Shown here: positions 28,862 to 39,259 of the stretch, piece by piece
How positions within the stretch are numbered: the stretch's first letter is position 1
Layout: each line of letters begins with the position of its first letter
Assembly (NCBI GenBank): GCA_963736995.1
Contig: CAVTRB010000007.1
Location: 623,884 to 687,883 of the forward strand
Direction of reading: 5' to 3'
Source of the DNA: an uncultured Chloroflexia bacterium
GTDB taxonomy: Bacteria; Chloroflexota; Ktedonobacteria; Ktedonobacterales; Ktedonobacteraceae
DNA length: 64,000 nucleotides
The notes under the pieces: model-generated
Databases searched by the model: none
Told to the model about the DNA's origin: nothing
The model's input: only the letters and a program-made list of their open reading frames with translations
Translations under genes and position numbers: made by a program

Positions 28862-29755
28862 ATGCAAATTCGCGTGATTGGCGCGCCTATGGACCTGGGG
28901 GCTGATCGGCGAGGGGTTGACATAGGGCCGAGTGCAATCCGCTATGCCGGTCTCAATGACCAGCTTCGGCAAATAGGCCATACCGTTCTTGATGTTGGCA
29001 ATATTGTTATTCCCCAGCCTGAAAGCCAGCCTGTCGGCAATACCCGTCTCAAATACCTCGAACCCATTGTGCAGGTCGCCGACGAGTTGTCGACTCTCGT
29101 AACAGACGCGCTCGAAGCCGGTGAATTTCCACTCGTCCTGGGCGGAGACCACAGCATCGCGCTGGGATCGATTAGCGGCGTGGCTCGTGTGCATAAAGAC
29201 GTGAGCGTAATCTGGGTCGACGCGCATGGCGATTTCAATACGGAGGAGACGACGCCTTCTGGCAACATTCATGGCATGGTACTGGCCGCGCTGGCCGGGG
29301 TAGGGTACAGTCCGCTTGTCAATTTCGGGGGCTGGACACCTAAGATCGACGCGAGCAAGCTTGTGATTGTTGGCGCTCGCGCCCTCGACGCTGGCGAACA
29401 GGCGCTGCTGCGCAAGCATCACATCCATGTCTTCACCATGTCGGAGATCGACGAGCGAGGCATTCATCGCGTGATGCAGGAGGCGATTGCCATAGCAGGA
29501 CGTGATAACAGCCCTATCCACCTGAGCCTTGATCTGGACGCGCTGGACCCACAGGAGGCACCGGGTGTCGGAACGCCGATACGTGGAGGCCTCAGCTATC
29601 GCGAGGCACACCTGGTCATGGAGCATGTCTGTGACTCCGGCAAGATGATCTCAATGGATGTCGTCGAAGTCAATCCCCTGCTCGATCATAACAACGAAAC
29701 GGCATCGCTGGCAGTCGAGTTGATTCGTTCCGCGCTGGGGAAAAAAATTTTGTAG
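28862..29755 (+). CDS. rocF: Arginase
   Basis: [54 protein letters not shown] Mn-binding motifs. Confidence 0.9.
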   Translation: MQIRVIGAPMDLGADRRGVDIGPSAIRYAGLNDQLRQIGHTVLDVGNIVIPQPESQPVGNTRLKYLEPIVQVADELSTLVTDALEAGEFPLVLGGDHSIALGSISGVARVHKDVSVIWVDAHGDFNTEETTPSGNIHGMVLAALAGVGYSPLVNFGGWTPKIDASKLVIVGARALDAGEQALLRKHHIHVFTMSEIDERGIHRVMQEAIAIAGRDNSPIHLSLDLDALDPQEAPGVGTPIRGGLSYREAHLVMEHVCDSGKMISMDVVEVNPLLDHNNETASLAVELIRSALGKKIL

Positions 29756-29875
29756 TCCTACAGGAGCAATGACGTTCCGAACCCTTTCCCGCCCGTCGTT
29801 CGTTCTAATGGAGGGGTGAGAAACAACAGAAGGAGGATAAGGGAAGCAGCAAGGGCGCTGCCGACCACACACAAG

Positions 29876-30850
29876 ATGGATGCAAAAGAACTTTTCATGA
29901 ATGGTGAATTTGTGCCTGCTGAGCGGGGCGTAATCTCAGTACGGGCGCATGGTTTTGCCTATGGTACCGGCTGCTTCGAAGGCATTCGAGGCTACTGGAA
30001 CGAAGAGCAGCAAGAGGTTTACCTCTTCCGCCTGCGCGAACATTACGAGCGCCTGCTGCGTTCCTGCAAAATCCTGCAAATACATCTTCCCTATAGCGTT
30101 GACGACCTGATCGACATCAGCACTGAACTGGTAAGGCGCAATGGGCAGCACCAGAACGTCTACCTGAGGCCAGTCGCCTATAAAGGCGATGAGACGCTCG
30201 GCGTGCGCCTGCACGGGCTGAGAGATGACTTCATTATCACCTCCGAGCCGGTTGGAGATTATGTTGCTACAAATGGGCTGCGCTGCGGCGTCTCCTCGTG
30301 GCGGCGCGTCGACGACAATGCTATTCCGGCCCGCGCCAAGATCATCGGCTCATATGTCAATTCGGCCTTAGCCAAAAGCGAGGCCATACAAAACGGCTTC
30401 GACGAGGCCATTATGCTCACCCACGAAGGACACGTCTCCGAGGGCAGCGCAGAGAACATCTTCCTGGTCTTCAATGGCGAGCTTGTCACTACATCACCTA
30501 TGGAAAATATTCTGCTTGGTGTGACCCGCGACACCATCATGCAACTTGCGCGACGCGAACTGGGCCGTATTACCCGCGAGCGACAGGTAGACCGCACCGA
30601 ACTCTATGTGGCTGATGAAATCTTCCTCTGCGGTACCGGCGCGCAGATCGCCCCCGTCATTGAGGTCGACCACCGGCCCGTCGGCGACGGCAAGATCGGC
30701 CCCATCGCAGAGGCCATTCAAGGCCTCTACAACGACGTGGTGCGTGGTCGCCGCCCCGAGTACCGCTCCGAGTGGTGTACGCCCATCTATGCCAGCGCAC
30801 GTGGCACCAGCGAACAACAAAACGTCCCGGAGCACAGCGAAGTATCATAA
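29876..30850 (+). CDS. ilvE: Branched-chain amino acid aminotransferase (fold type IV)
   Basis: FMNGEFVP...HGFAYGTGCFEGIRGY...AKIIGSYVNSALAK...EGSAENIFLV. The start is uncertain (29816/29876/29897). Confidence 0.88.
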   Translation: MDAKELFMNGEFVPAERGVISVRAHGFAYGTGCFEGIRGYWNEEQQEVYLFRLREHYERLLRSCKILQIHLPYSVDDLIDISTELVRRNGQHQNVYLRPVAYKGDETLGVRLHGLRDDFIITSEPVGDYVATNGLRCGVSSWRRVDDNAIPARAKIIGSYVNSALAKSEAIQNGFDEAIMLTHEGHVSEGSAENIFLVFNGELVTTSPMENILLGVTRDTIMQLARRELGRITRERQVDRTELYVADEIFLCGTGAQIAPVIEVDHRPVGDGKIGPIAEAIQGLYNDVVRGRRPEYRSEWCTPIYASARGTSEQQNVPEHSEVS

Positions 30851-30856
30851 GAGTAT

Positions 30857-30929
30857 GGCATAAAAAAGCTCTCTCGCAAGTCGTTTTGAGCGGCGCTCAA
30901 AACGACTTGCGAGAGAGCTTTTTTATGCC
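30857..30929. terminator. Bidirectional intrinsic terminator: near-perfect ~35-bp hairpin flanked by A- and T-runs
   Basis: GGCATAAAAAAGCTCTCTCGCAAGTCGTTTTGAGC / GCTCAAAACGACTTGCGAGAGAGCTTTTTTATGCC. Confidence 0.8.
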
Positions 30930-31087
30930 ATGCCAGCGTCTTTTCAAGATCAAGAACGTACAAAAGCCGGTGGCTGCCCGATGGTACTCAATTGGAGACC
31001 CGCCAGTTGTCATTGACCGTGCTGGCGGACAAACACAGCATCGTGCGGAACCAGGCATTGATGGGGTTGCCGCGATACGCTACGCGC

Positions 31088-31978
31088 TTAGAGATCAGCA
31101 ACGGCGGGAATGACCTCACGACCGATGATCTCTAGCGGCGTAATCTGGTACACGTGCGGAACCACCCCCAGAACTGTCTGAATCCCCATTGAGGCGAGCC
31201 AGCGCAGTTGGCCGATGAGTTCGCTCACTTTGGAGCCATTCTCGCCTACATCGAAGGCAAACATACAGGTTTTTTCAATCGCGTCGTAATCCCGACCCTC
31301 AGCTTCACAATGCTGGCGCAAGACCGCCAGTTTCTGCGGAATTTGCGGTCCGGGTTGAAGGTTGCAGGCGTCGGCATAGCGAGCGACCAACCGCAATGTC
31401 TTTTGCTCACCACTGCCAGCAATCAGAAGCGGAGGATGTGGCCGCGTGGGACTCGTAAGGCTCTGTGGCAGATTGAACGGGCGCTCGACGTGGTAGTATT
31501 GCCCATCGAATGGACGCTCGTCTCCCTTTTCGCCATGCCACATGCGCAAGCAGATCTGCAGCATTTCCTCCAGCCTCTCGTACCGCTCTTTCAGTGGAGG
31601 GAAAGGCAAGCCCGTCCCTCGCGCCTCCTCTTCATAATCACCGGCACCAATGCCGAGCCATGCGCGCCCACCAGATAGCACATCCAGGGTAGTCACCGTC
31701 TTCGCCAGCAGAACCGGCTGCCAGTAGGGCGCAGCAGTCACCAGGGCGAGCACGTTGATACGGCTGGTGTGAGCAGCCAGGAATGTCAGCGTTGGATAGC
31801 ACGAGAGCACCTCGCGCTCCGGGCCTCCGAGGTAGTGAGATTGCCACACATGGTCTCCCACGCTGATACGATCAAAGCCGCATGCATCGGCAGTTTGTGC
31901 AATCTTGACCAGCGTAGGGCCAAGCTGACTCGCCCCTCCCGGCCACGTAAAATCATAGACGTGCAGTCCCAATTTCAT
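31088..31978 (-). CDS. LLM-class (luciferase-like) flavin/F420-dependent oxidoreductase
   Basis: MKLGLHV...FDRISVGDHV...GGRAWLGIGAG. 296 aa. Confidence 0.85.
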   Translation of the reverse strand: MKLGLHVYDFTWPGGASQLGPTLVKIAQTADACGFDRISVGDHVWQSHYLGGPEREVLSCYPTLTFLAAHTSRINVLALVTAAPYWQPVLLAKTVTTLDVLSGGRAWLGIGAGDYEEEARGTGLPFPPLKERYERLEEMLQICLRMWHGEKGDERPFDGQYYHVERPFNLPQSLTSPTRPHPPLLIAGSGEQKTLRLVARYADACNLQPGPQIPQKLAVLRQHCEAEGRDYDAIEKTCMFAFDVGENGSKVSELIGQLRWLASMGIQTVLGVVPHVYQITPLEIIGREVIPAVADL

Positions 31979-32008
31979 GCAACAATACCTCCCTTTATAA
32001 AGCTGGAA

Positions 32009-32990
32009 TCATGCTTGAGCGTGATCCAGCAGGTCGAGCACCGGCGCGAACCACTCGATGCTGGCGATAGTGTTCGGAGTCAGCCAGAGCTGGATATGGC
32101 TGAGGCCCTCCCGTGCATAGCCACGGAGCATTTCGGCGATCTCAGCGGGCGACACTGGCCCCGGCTGCTCACCCCAGGCTGGCGAATGCTGGTCCACTCT
32201 GCGTTCGCGCAGTTGGGATGTTGATCACTACAGAAGCGCTGCGACCGAGAGTAGAGGGATCGCGTCCAACCGCAACACAGGCACCATCGCCTGACGCACG
32301 AAGCGGGATGATCTCCTCAGGTAGACGCATCGGCCCTTCGGCGTTCCAGAGATCGGCGTAGCTCGCCGCGAGACGCAGCATGCGCGGGCCTTTCGCACCG
32401 ATCATGATTGGTGGACCGGCAGGTCGAGGCCCGCGTAGCCGTAGTTCACAATCCCGCGCCCGGTAGTATTTGCCCTCGAAATCAACATGCCCTGTACGTA
32501 GCAATGGCACGATGATCTGTAATGCCTCCTCGAAGCGGTCAACCCGGTGGTCGCTGGGAACACCAAAGGCCTGATCCTCAAACCCACTCCATCCGGCACC
32601 CAGCCCGAGGATCAGGCGTCCACCGCTAATCTCGTCGACTGTATCAGCCATCTTCGCAAGTAGTGCCGGGCTGCGGAAAGCTGTGCAGGTGACGAGTGAG
32701 CCTAATTCCACGCGGCTGGTCACTGCCGCCAGCGCTGCTAGCAGCGACCAGCATTCCCAGGTCCCTCGCGTCTGTTCCTGCCATTTAAGGAGTAGATGAT
32801 CCGGCACCCAGAGCGAGTCAAAGCCGAGCGCCTCTGCCCGTTGAGCGAAGGCGAAGAGGTCTGCCCAACTCGCGGTCTTACCAGCCACCCCGCCTTCGAC
32901 GATTGGCAAGTTGATGCCAATTTTGAGAGGACGCAGGGACTGCGCATCACCAGACATCCTACCCTTAGCTGACTGTTGGTAATCTGTCAT
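32009..32990 (-). pseudogene. LLM-class oxidoreductase with a frameshift near 32170-32215
   Basis: ORF 32169..32990 carries the N-terminal and central LLM regions. The expected C-terminus (SPAEIAEMLRGYAREGLSHIQLWLTPNTIASIEWFAPVLDLLD) is in another frame (ORF 32009..32197). Confidence 0.65.
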
Positions 32991-33116
32991 GATAATCCTT
33001 CCTTATGCTTCTCTTTACACAAGTCTTACTTTGTTCTATTATATAGTCAGTCTATCCAACGAATTAATTTAGATATACAGAATATACAATAAAAATGGGA
33101 GGGTGTCAAGGTTTTT

Positions 33117-33737
33117 ATGAGTCCTCGTCCCTACAAACTTGGTCAGCGGCAAGCAAGCATAGAACAGACGCGAACGCGCATCATCGCTGCGGCACGCGAA
33201 CTGCTGATGGAGCCTGATGGCTTTGCCCGCTTCTCCATTGATGCCGTCGCACGACAGGCCGATGTTGCGCGTATGACGGTGTACCACCAGTTTGGCTCCA
33301 GAGTCGGACTGCTTGAGGCACTGTGCGACTCGCTGGCATTCTCCGGGGGGATGGAGCAGTTAGGCGGAGCATTTCGTCGGCAAGAACCTGTGGAGGCGCT
33401 GGACGAATTCATCGCCGTCTTTGCTCGCTTCTGGAACTCTGATCGGCTGGTGACGCGCCGACTGAGGGGGTTGGCCGCGCTCGACGCAGATTTCGAGCAG
33501 GTGATACGAGCACGAGACGAAGGAAGGCGGCGTGGCCTGGGCGTCCTTGTCGGGCGCTGCACTGAAAAGTACGGGCATCCTGCTCCCGAAGCACATGATG
33601 AACTGGTGAGCGTACTTTTCACGCTGACCAGCTTCGAGTTCTTCGACACCCTCGCCGGTTCCAGACAGAACCTTGAAGAAGTCACGCCCATTGTGCGCCA
33701 ACTTGCCCACGCAGCGCTTGGGGTGGAGAAGAAGTGA
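33117..33737 (+). CDS. TetR/AcrR family transcriptional regulator
   Basis: N-terminal HTH FSIDAVARQADVARMTVYHQFGSR. Confidence 0.85.
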   Translation: MSPRPYKLGQRQASIEQTRTRIIAAARELLMEPDGFARFSIDAVARQADVARMTVYHQFGSRVGLLEALCDSLAFSGGMEQLGGAFRRQEPVEALDEFIAVFARFWNSDRLVTRRLRGLAALDADFEQVIRARDEGRRRGLGVLVGRCTEKYGHPAPEAHDELVSVLFTLTSFEFFDTLAGSRQNLEEVTPIVRQLAHAALGVEKK

Positions 33738-33757
33738 TCAAAAACTTTCTCGACTGG

Positions 33758-34234
33758 CTAGCGCATCGAATCGTTATAGTTCCAGCCATCGAGGGGGGGT
33801 AGCTCGATCCCTTGTTGCGTGAGCAGTGTGGCTATCTGCGAACGATGATCGGTGGCGTGGTTGATGGCTTGAATCATCACAATCATCGCCGGACACTCGT
33901 AGGTTCCTCCATCCAGCGAGAGGATGCGATCCAGATTCTTCTGTTCCGCTGCCTCGATCAGCAGCTCACCCGACATCTGAGCGCGTCGCCGCAATTCGTC
34001 AAAGCCGGGAAACGACCGAAATTCCTTCAGTGTTAGGCTGGGGATTTTTCCTGTGACATGGCGCGCATAGCCCTCTTCGGATGAGAATATGTGCATCAGC
34101 GTCTCACGTATACTGCCGAACGTCCCATCCATCGTCGCGTCCAGTTGCTCATCAGTAAGTTGCGCACATGCAGCGAGCAGGAGCAGATTTGCCCAGAGGT
34201 TATGCTTAAAAAAGTCGGGAAGTCCTGTGGTCAT
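33758..34234 (-). CDS. DinB-family (four-helix bundle) protein
   Basis: ATG 34234. HNLWANLLLL...TLMHIFSSEEGY...AINHATDHRSQI. Confidence 0.8.
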   Translation of the reverse strand: MTTGLPDFFKHNLWANLLLLAACAQLTDEQLDATMDGTFGSIRETLMHIFSSEEGYARHVTGKIPSLTLKEFRSFPGFDELRRRAQMSGELLIEAAEQKNLDRILSLDGGTYECPAMIVMIQAINHATDHRSQIATLLTQQGIELPPLDGWNYNDSMR

Positions 34235-34272
34235 TGCTATGATTTCCTTAATAGTGGGAACAAGAGAGCGAG

Positions 34273-34325
34273 CGCACAAAACGCACAAAAATCGCCCCAC
34301 ATGGCGACTTTTGTGCGTTTGTGTA
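34273..34325 (-). terminator. Intrinsic terminator downstream of rpsI
   Basis: Imperfect long hairpin (CACAAACGCACAAAAGTCGCC / GGCGATTTTTGTGCGTTTTGTG) with a T-run on the minus strand. Confidence 0.6.
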
Positions 34326-34356
34326 CTCACTATGCAACTTACTGCAACAGCGCCAA

Positions 34357-34767
34357 TTAACGCTTTGTGTACTGTGGGGCCTTGCGAGCGCGCTTGAGGC
34401 CGGGCTTCTTGCGTTCCTTCATGCGGGGGTCGCGCGTGAGGAAGCCGGCACGGCGCAGCGCGGGCTTCCAATCGGGATTGACGCGCAGGAGGGCACGGGA
34501 GAGGGCATGGCGAATCGCGCCAGCCTGTCCGCTGACACCGCCGCCCAGCACTTTGATACTCATGTCGTAGGTATCGTTGAGTTCAAGCGTGCGCAGGGGC
34601 GAGTTGATGGTCGCCATCAGCGCCTCACGCTGCCCGAAGTAGGACTGCGCGTTCTTGCCGTTCACGGTCACGTTGCCTTCACCGTTGGGATAGAGGCGCA
34701 CGCGGGCTACTGCCGTCTTACGCCGTCCCATCCCGTAGTAGTACTCACCTTTGTTTGTATCGGCCAC
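34357..34767 (-). CDS. rpsI: 30S ribosomal protein S9
   Basis: GRRKTAVARV...GGGVSGQAGAIRHALSRAL...KKPGLKRARKAPQYTKR. Confidence 0.97.
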   Translation of the reverse strand: MADTNKGEYYYGMGRRKTAVARVRLYPNGEGNVTVNGKNAQSYFGQREALMATINSPLRTLELNDTYDMSIKVLGGGVSGQAGAIRHALSRALLRVNPDWKPALRRAGFLTRDPRMKERKKPGLKRARKAPQYTKR

Positions 34768-34788
34768 GGTCGGTCTCCTCTTTCTTCT

Positions 34789-35301
34789 CTACTCTGCCTT
34801 CGCTTCAGCAGGCTGCTCGTCGGGCATAATCAATTGCGCTCCTCCGTCCTTCTTGAGCAACCCCTGCGGACCTGTCCAGAGGACGGGCTTCTGTGCCTGG
34901 TGCGGATGATTCGGCCCAGCGTAGACCTTCAGGCGGGACATGATATCTGCACCCAGGCGATTGTGCATCACCATGCCGCGCACCGCGTGCTCTATAGCGC
35001 GCTCTGGATGCTTGCCCTCGAGCACCTGCCGCAGCGTCTGCGTCTTCAAGCCGCCGGGGTACTGGCTATGGCGATAGTATTTCTTCAGATCCAGACGATT
35101 GCCCGTGACGGCGATCTTCTCCGCGTTGATCACAATCACAAAGTCACCGCTCTGCAGGTGCGGCGTAAACGTTGGTTTATGTTTGCCGCGCAAAATCTGC
35201 GCGATCTGCGATGCCAGACGACCCAGAATCTGACCCTCGGCATCGATGACGTACCAGGTGGGTTGCAAGTCAGCAGCCCTGGCGCTATATGTCTTTTTCA
35301 T
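34789..35301 (-). CDS. rplM: 50S ribosomal protein L13 (C-terminally extended, 170 aa)
   Basis: WYVIDAEGQILGRLASQIAQILRGKHKP. Confidence 0.97.
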   Translation of the reverse strand: MKKTYSARAADLQPTWYVIDAEGQILGRLASQIAQILRGKHKPTFTPHLQSGDFVIVINAEKIAVTGNRLDLKKYYRHSQYPGGLKTQTLRQVLEGKHPERAIEHAVRGMVMHNRLGADIMSRLKVYAGPNHPHQAQKPVLWTGPQGLLKKDGGAQLIMPDEQPAEAKAE

Positions 35302-35380
35302 CTTCGTTCTCCAAACGAAATCTCTCGAGTTCTCTTATCCTTCATCGCTTTCCGAACGCTCAAACACTCAGAACGCTCAG

Positions 35381-36181
35381 CTACGATGCGAACCCGAACT
35401 CTTCAGGATACTTCACTCGCACCAGACACAGCCCGTGTGGGGGGACTGCTGAACCAGGGTGCGTCTTTTCCGCTCGCTGCACGATAGTGGCGAACTCGTC
35501 GAGGCTCAACCAGTTCTGCCCTACCAGCAGCAGTGTTCCGACCATCCTGCGAACCATGCCTGTTAGAAAGGCATCCGCAGTAAAATCACAATAGATAAGT
35601 GCATTCTCCGGGTTCTCCGTGGCGCGCAGGCAGCGTGCTTCGAGCATCGTGCGCACACTGGAATGCGGCCCCGGCTTCCTCGGATTGGTCTCCTCCGGGC
35701 TGCGCCCGAAAGCTCCAAAGTCTTTGCGACCCGGAAGTAGCTGGCATGCCTCTTGCATGCGAGCCACATCCAGCACCTGTGGACGATAGTAGCTGTAGCG
35801 AGCCAGCAAAGGCGACGGCGCGCTGCCATTCCAGATCGTATACCGGTAGGAGCGGCTCTGCGCGTTGTAGCGGGCGTTGAAGCGTTCAGGAACCTCCTGC
35901 ACCCAGCGCACCGCGAGCGACTGCGGAAGGACGGCATTCATAGCCCGCATCCATACCTCTGGCGGCAACGCTGCCTCTGTATAGAAATTCACCACCTGCC
36001 CACTCGCGTGGACACCGGCGTCTGTACGTCCGGCACCATGTACGGTAGACATGGCACCGGAGATACGCTCGATTGCTGCCTCTAACGCTCCCTGCACGGT
36101 TGGCCCGTGATCGTCCGGCTGTCGCTGAAAGCCGTGAAAATCCGTACCATCGTACTCAATCCCACAGGCAAGATTTTTCAT
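35381..36181 (-). CDS. truA: tRNA pseudouridine(38-40) synthase TruA
   Basis: ATG 36181. IEYDGTDFHGFQRQ...GAGRTDAGVHA. Confidence 0.93.
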   Translation of the reverse strand: MKNLACGIEYDGTDFHGFQRQPDDHGPTVQGALEAAIERISGAMSTVHGAGRTDAGVHASGQVVNFYTEAALPPEVWMRAMNAVLPQSLAVRWVQEVPERFNARYNAQSRSYRYTIWNGSAPSPLLARYSYYRPQVLDVARMQEACQLLPGRKDFGAFGRSPEETNPRKPGPHSSVRTMLEARCLRATENPENALIYCDFTADAFLTGMVRRMVGTLLLVGQNWLSLDEFATIVQRAEKTHPGSAVPPHGLCLVRVKYPEEFGFAS

Positions 36182-36230
36182 GTTCAGTATGGACGCAATG
36201 ATGAAATTGAACAACCATGATCGGGAATCA

Positions 36231-36322
36231 CCATGTCATCCTGAGCGATAGCGAAGGATCTAAAGCAACAGGGCTGTCGCCTGGCCCACTTAGATCCTTC
36301 GCTATCGCTCAGGATGACATGG
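36231..36322. repeat. Perfect inverted repeat, 33-nt arms around a 26-nt centre
   Basis: CCATGTCATCCTGAGCGATAGCGAAGGATCTAA ... TTAGATCCTTCGCTATCGCTCAGGATGACATGG. rplQ-truA spacer. Confidence 0.9.
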
Positions 36323-36393
36323 AGTGGACTTTTCTGTTTCCTGCATTGTCGATCTTGTTCGTTAAAAATCATTATTGCGCCCATAGCCCCCTA

Positions 36394-37020
36394 TTATACC
36401 AGGGAGATCTGGGCTATCGCGGCGGCGTCACCTTTGCGGCGACCCAGCTTGATGATGCGGGTGTAGCCACCGGGGCGACCAACGTAACGAGGTGCCAGCT
36501 CCTCGAACATCTTCCTGACCACCAATTCATCGGGCAGGGCGCTTAGAATCTGGCGGCGAGCGTTCAGCTCAATTACCATCGCCTCGTAAGCCGCTTGCAG
36601 AGCGCGCTCCGCGTCGGCCTCGTTGGAGATGATGCGCAGCAGTTCCTCGCGGCGCTGTTTGAGTTTGTTCTCCAGGAACCGGCGACCTTCTGGCGTCAGG
36701 GGAGCCTTCCCCTGCTGGTAACGTTCCTCGTTGTCTGCCACTCGACCGTTGAGGGAGAAGCGACCACGGCGCGCAAATTCCATAATGCGCTCTGCCTTCT
36801 CCTCGTCGGGCACGACTGCTGCCAGGTGCTGCCTCGCAGCCAGGCGACCCTTGATCGCCTTATCAATCAGTTTTTCTACTTCACCACGAATGGCACGGGC
36901 GCGTGCCTCCGTGGTCTGTATATGATCATACCGGATCAATCCTGCCATCAGGTTGCGACGAACCGAACGGCGCTGGTGCTCCGGCATGCCCATCTTAACA
37001 CCGGCTACTCGATGCCTCAA
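36394..37020 (-). CDS. rplQ: 50S ribosomal protein L17 (209 aa, with internal/C-terminal expansion)
   Basis: TTG start at 37020, 1 nt after the rpoA stop. (M)RHRVAGVKMG...RRNLMAGLIRYDHIQTTEARA...GGYTRIIKLGRRKGD. Confidence 0.9.
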   Translation of the reverse strand: MRHRVAGVKMGMPEHQRRSVRRNLMAGLIRYDHIQTTEARARAIRGEVEKLIDKAIKGRLAARQHLAAVVPDEEKAERIMEFARRGRFSLNGRVADNEERYQQGKAPLTPEGRRFLENKLKQRREELLRIISNEADAERALQAAYEAMVIELNARRQILSALPDELVVRKMFEELAPRYVGRPGGYTRIIKLGRRKGDAAAIAQISLV

Positions 37021-37021
37021 C

Positions 37022-38008
37022 TTAGTCCTCCATTTCCTGATCGCCGTCCATATCGACTCCAACGGCGCTCGGACGCTGATTCGGATTCGGCAGGAAGTTG
37101 CGGGAGAGCAAACGTTCACGCAACTCTTGCAGGCTCTTCTCACCGAAGTTACGCACACCCAGCAGGTCTTCCTCATTCATAGAGAGCACCTGACCCACTT
37201 TCGTGATGTTGCTGCGTTTGAGGCAGTTGTAGGCACGCACCGAGAGATCAAGGTCCTCGATGGGAGTATCGTAAATCTTCTGTGGAATCGGCCAGCTGCT
37301 CAAAGGCTGCTTCTCCGGCTCCGTCAGCACCGCGCGGTAATTGGCAAGCTGGGAGAAGAGCCGCACCAGAATATCGGAACTCTGGCGCATTGCCTCATCC
37401 GGCGTAATTGTTCCGTCCGTCGTAATATCGAGAATAATCTTATCGTAGTTTGTCATCTGCCCCACGCGGGTGTGTTCAACCGTGTAGTTTACCTTTTGCA
37501 CCGGCGTGAAAATGGCATCGATGGGGATAACCCCGATCGGCTGGTCTTCTTTCGAGTCGGCAGGCACGTAGCCGCGACCGTTCTCCACGACCAGTTCCAT
37601 ATCGAGGTGGGCGTTCTCGCTGTCCAGGGCAGCGATATGCTGCTCAGGATTGACAATCTCCACGGTACTGGGAGCAATGATATCCCCGGCAGTCACATCA
37701 CGCTCACCACTCACTTCCAGCCTCATCGAGACGGGATGATCTGAGAAGGAGCGGAGGCGAATTTTTTTGACGTTCAGTACGATATCAGTGACGTCCTCCA
37801 TCACACCGGGAACATCCTGAAACTCGTGCTGGACCCCTTCAAGGCGAACCGAGGTCACGGCAGCACCGGGCAGCGACGAGAGCAACACACGGCGTAGTGA
37901 ATTACCCAGGGTCACGCCATACCCCGCCTCTAATGGCTCAATATCATAACTCGCATAATTTCCCTGTGTTTTCGTATTTTTAATGCGAGGCAGAGTAATA
38001 TCTAGCAA
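37022..38008 (-). CDS. rpoA: DNA-directed RNA polymerase subunit alpha
   Basis: GVTLGNSLRRVLLSSLPGAA. C-terminal domain LDLSVRAYNCLKRSNITKVGQV. Confidence 0.97.
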   Translation of the reverse strand: MLDITLPRIKNTKTQGNYASYDIEPLEAGYGVTLGNSLRRVLLSSLPGAAVTSVRLEGVQHEFQDVPGVMEDVTDIVLNVKKIRLRSFSDHPVSMRLEVSGERDVTAGDIIAPSTVEIVNPEQHIAALDSENAHLDMELVVENGRGYVPADSKEDQPIGVIPIDAIFTPVQKVNYTVEHTRVGQMTNYDKIILDITTDGTITPDEAMRQSSDILVRLFSQLANYRAVLTEPEKQPLSSWPIPQKIYDTPIEDLDLSVRAYNCLKRSNITKVGQVLSMNEEDLLGVRNFGEKSLQELRERLLSRNFLPNPNQRPSAVGVDMDGDQEMED

Positions 38009-38110
38009 GGTTTTAACCTGCCTTTCTTTTTCTACCAGTCCTTACTTCAGGTTCCTTCCCTCTACAATATCGTCGTGCAAGAAACGAGTAGTATTGGCAG
38101 TCCAAGAGGA

Positions 38111-38737
38111 TTATCGCTGGTAGTATTCAACCACCATCTGCTCATCAAACGGCAGTTCGAGTTCGCTGCGTGTCGGTAGAGAGAGGACACGCCCGGTCAT
38201 CTCATTGATATCCAGGGTCAGCCAGGCAGGTACGCCCTTCTGCGCCAGAAGCATCGCACGAACCTTGAAGTACTCCAGACCTTTGCTACGCTCGCGTACA
38301 GAGATAACATCACCCGGTTTTGCGATAAATGAAGGAATGTCCGTTTTGCGTCCATTGACGGCGAAGTGGCCATGATTGACGAGCTGGCGAGCCTGCGCGC
38401 GCGAATCGGCGAAGCCCAGGCGATAGACCAGGTTGTCCAGGCGCATCTCTAAGATTTGCAACAAACGCTCGCCTGTCTTGCCGGGGCTGCGAGATGCCAT
38501 ATCATACGTCTTGCGGAACTGGCGCTCCAACACGCCATACGTGCGACGTACGCGCTGCTTCTCGCGCAACTGCCTGGCATAGCCAGACTCTTTCCGTGCG
38601 CGGCTCGTCCCATGTTGCCCGGGCTTGCTGCTGCGGCGCTCCAACGTGCATTTTGCCATGCACTTGTCGCCTTTTAAGAATAGTTTTACCCCCTCCCGCC
38701 TGCACAGCTTGCAAACGGGTCCGGTATAACGCGCCAT
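38111..38737 (-). CDS. rpsD: 30S ribosomal protein S4
   Basis: [26 protein letters not shown]. Confidence 0.97.
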   Translation of the reverse strand: MARYTGPVCKLCRREGVKLFLKGDKCMAKCTLERRSSKPGQHGTSRARKESGYARQLREKQRVRRTYGVLERQFRKTYDMASRSPGKTGERLLQILEMRLDNLVYRLGFADSRAQARQLVNHGHFAVNGRKTDIPSFIAKPGDVISVRERSKGLEYFKVRAMLLAQKGVPAWLTLDINEMTGRVLSLPTRSELELPFDEQMVVEYYQR

Positions 38738-38769
38738 GTAGTTCTTTCCTCCTCAAACGCACTGCGCGC

Positions 38770-39171
38770 TTACACGCGACGCCGCTTTGGCGGTCGGCAG
38801 CCATTGTGCGGAATAGGTGTGACATCAGTAATTGCAGTAATATTCAGGCCAGCGCCCTGCAAGGAGCGAATAGCAGCCTCACGACCGGAACCGGGGCCTT
38901 TGACGAAGACCTCTATCTGTCGCAGACCGTGCTCCATCGCTTTGCGAGCTGCAGTTTCTGCCGTGACCTGTGCGGCATACGGGGTGCTCTTGCGCGACCC
39001 CTTAAAACCCTGGCTGCCCGCGCTTCCCCAGGAGAGGACGTTTCCATTGGGGTCAGTCAGCGTTACAATAGTATTATTAAATGTTGCTTGAATATGGGCC
39101 TGGCCACGCGGCACGGACTTACGTTCGCGCCGTCTGGGCCTGCCCGCCGTTGGTTTCTTTTTATCTGCCAT
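38770..39171 (-). CDS. rpsK: 30S ribosomal protein S11
   Basis: ATG 39171. [18 protein letters not shown]...[11 protein letters not shown]. Confidence 0.96.
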   Translation of the reverse strand: MADKKKPTAGRPRRRERKSVPRGQAHIQATFNNTIVTLTDPNGNVLSWGSAGSQGFKGSRKSTPYAAQVTAETAARKAMEHGLRQIEVFVKGPGSGREAAIRSLQGAGLNITAITDVTPIPHNGCRPPKRRRV

Positions 39172-39196
39172 GCTTTGCCATTCCTCCAGGCGCTGC

Positions 39197-39259
39197 GGGC
39201 GCCGATGCTCCCTTAAGGTCGCATTCACAGCCTTCCAGGCTGTGTACCTGCGTCCCTAC
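39197..39259 (-). repeat. ~62-nt REP-like element, copy A (rpsM-rpsK spacer)
   Basis: Minus strand: GTAGGGACGCAGGTACACAGCCTGGAAGGCTGTGAATGCGACCTTAAGGGAGCATCGGCGCCC. Contains the rpsM TAG stop. Confidence 0.85.

Noticed and set aside
36217-36546. 109-aa ORF starting MIGNHHVILSDSEGSK, and ORF 36184..36384 on the other strand.
   Set aside because: Both read through the perfect 33-nt inverted repeat and then run antisense into rplQ. They have no independent coding evidence.
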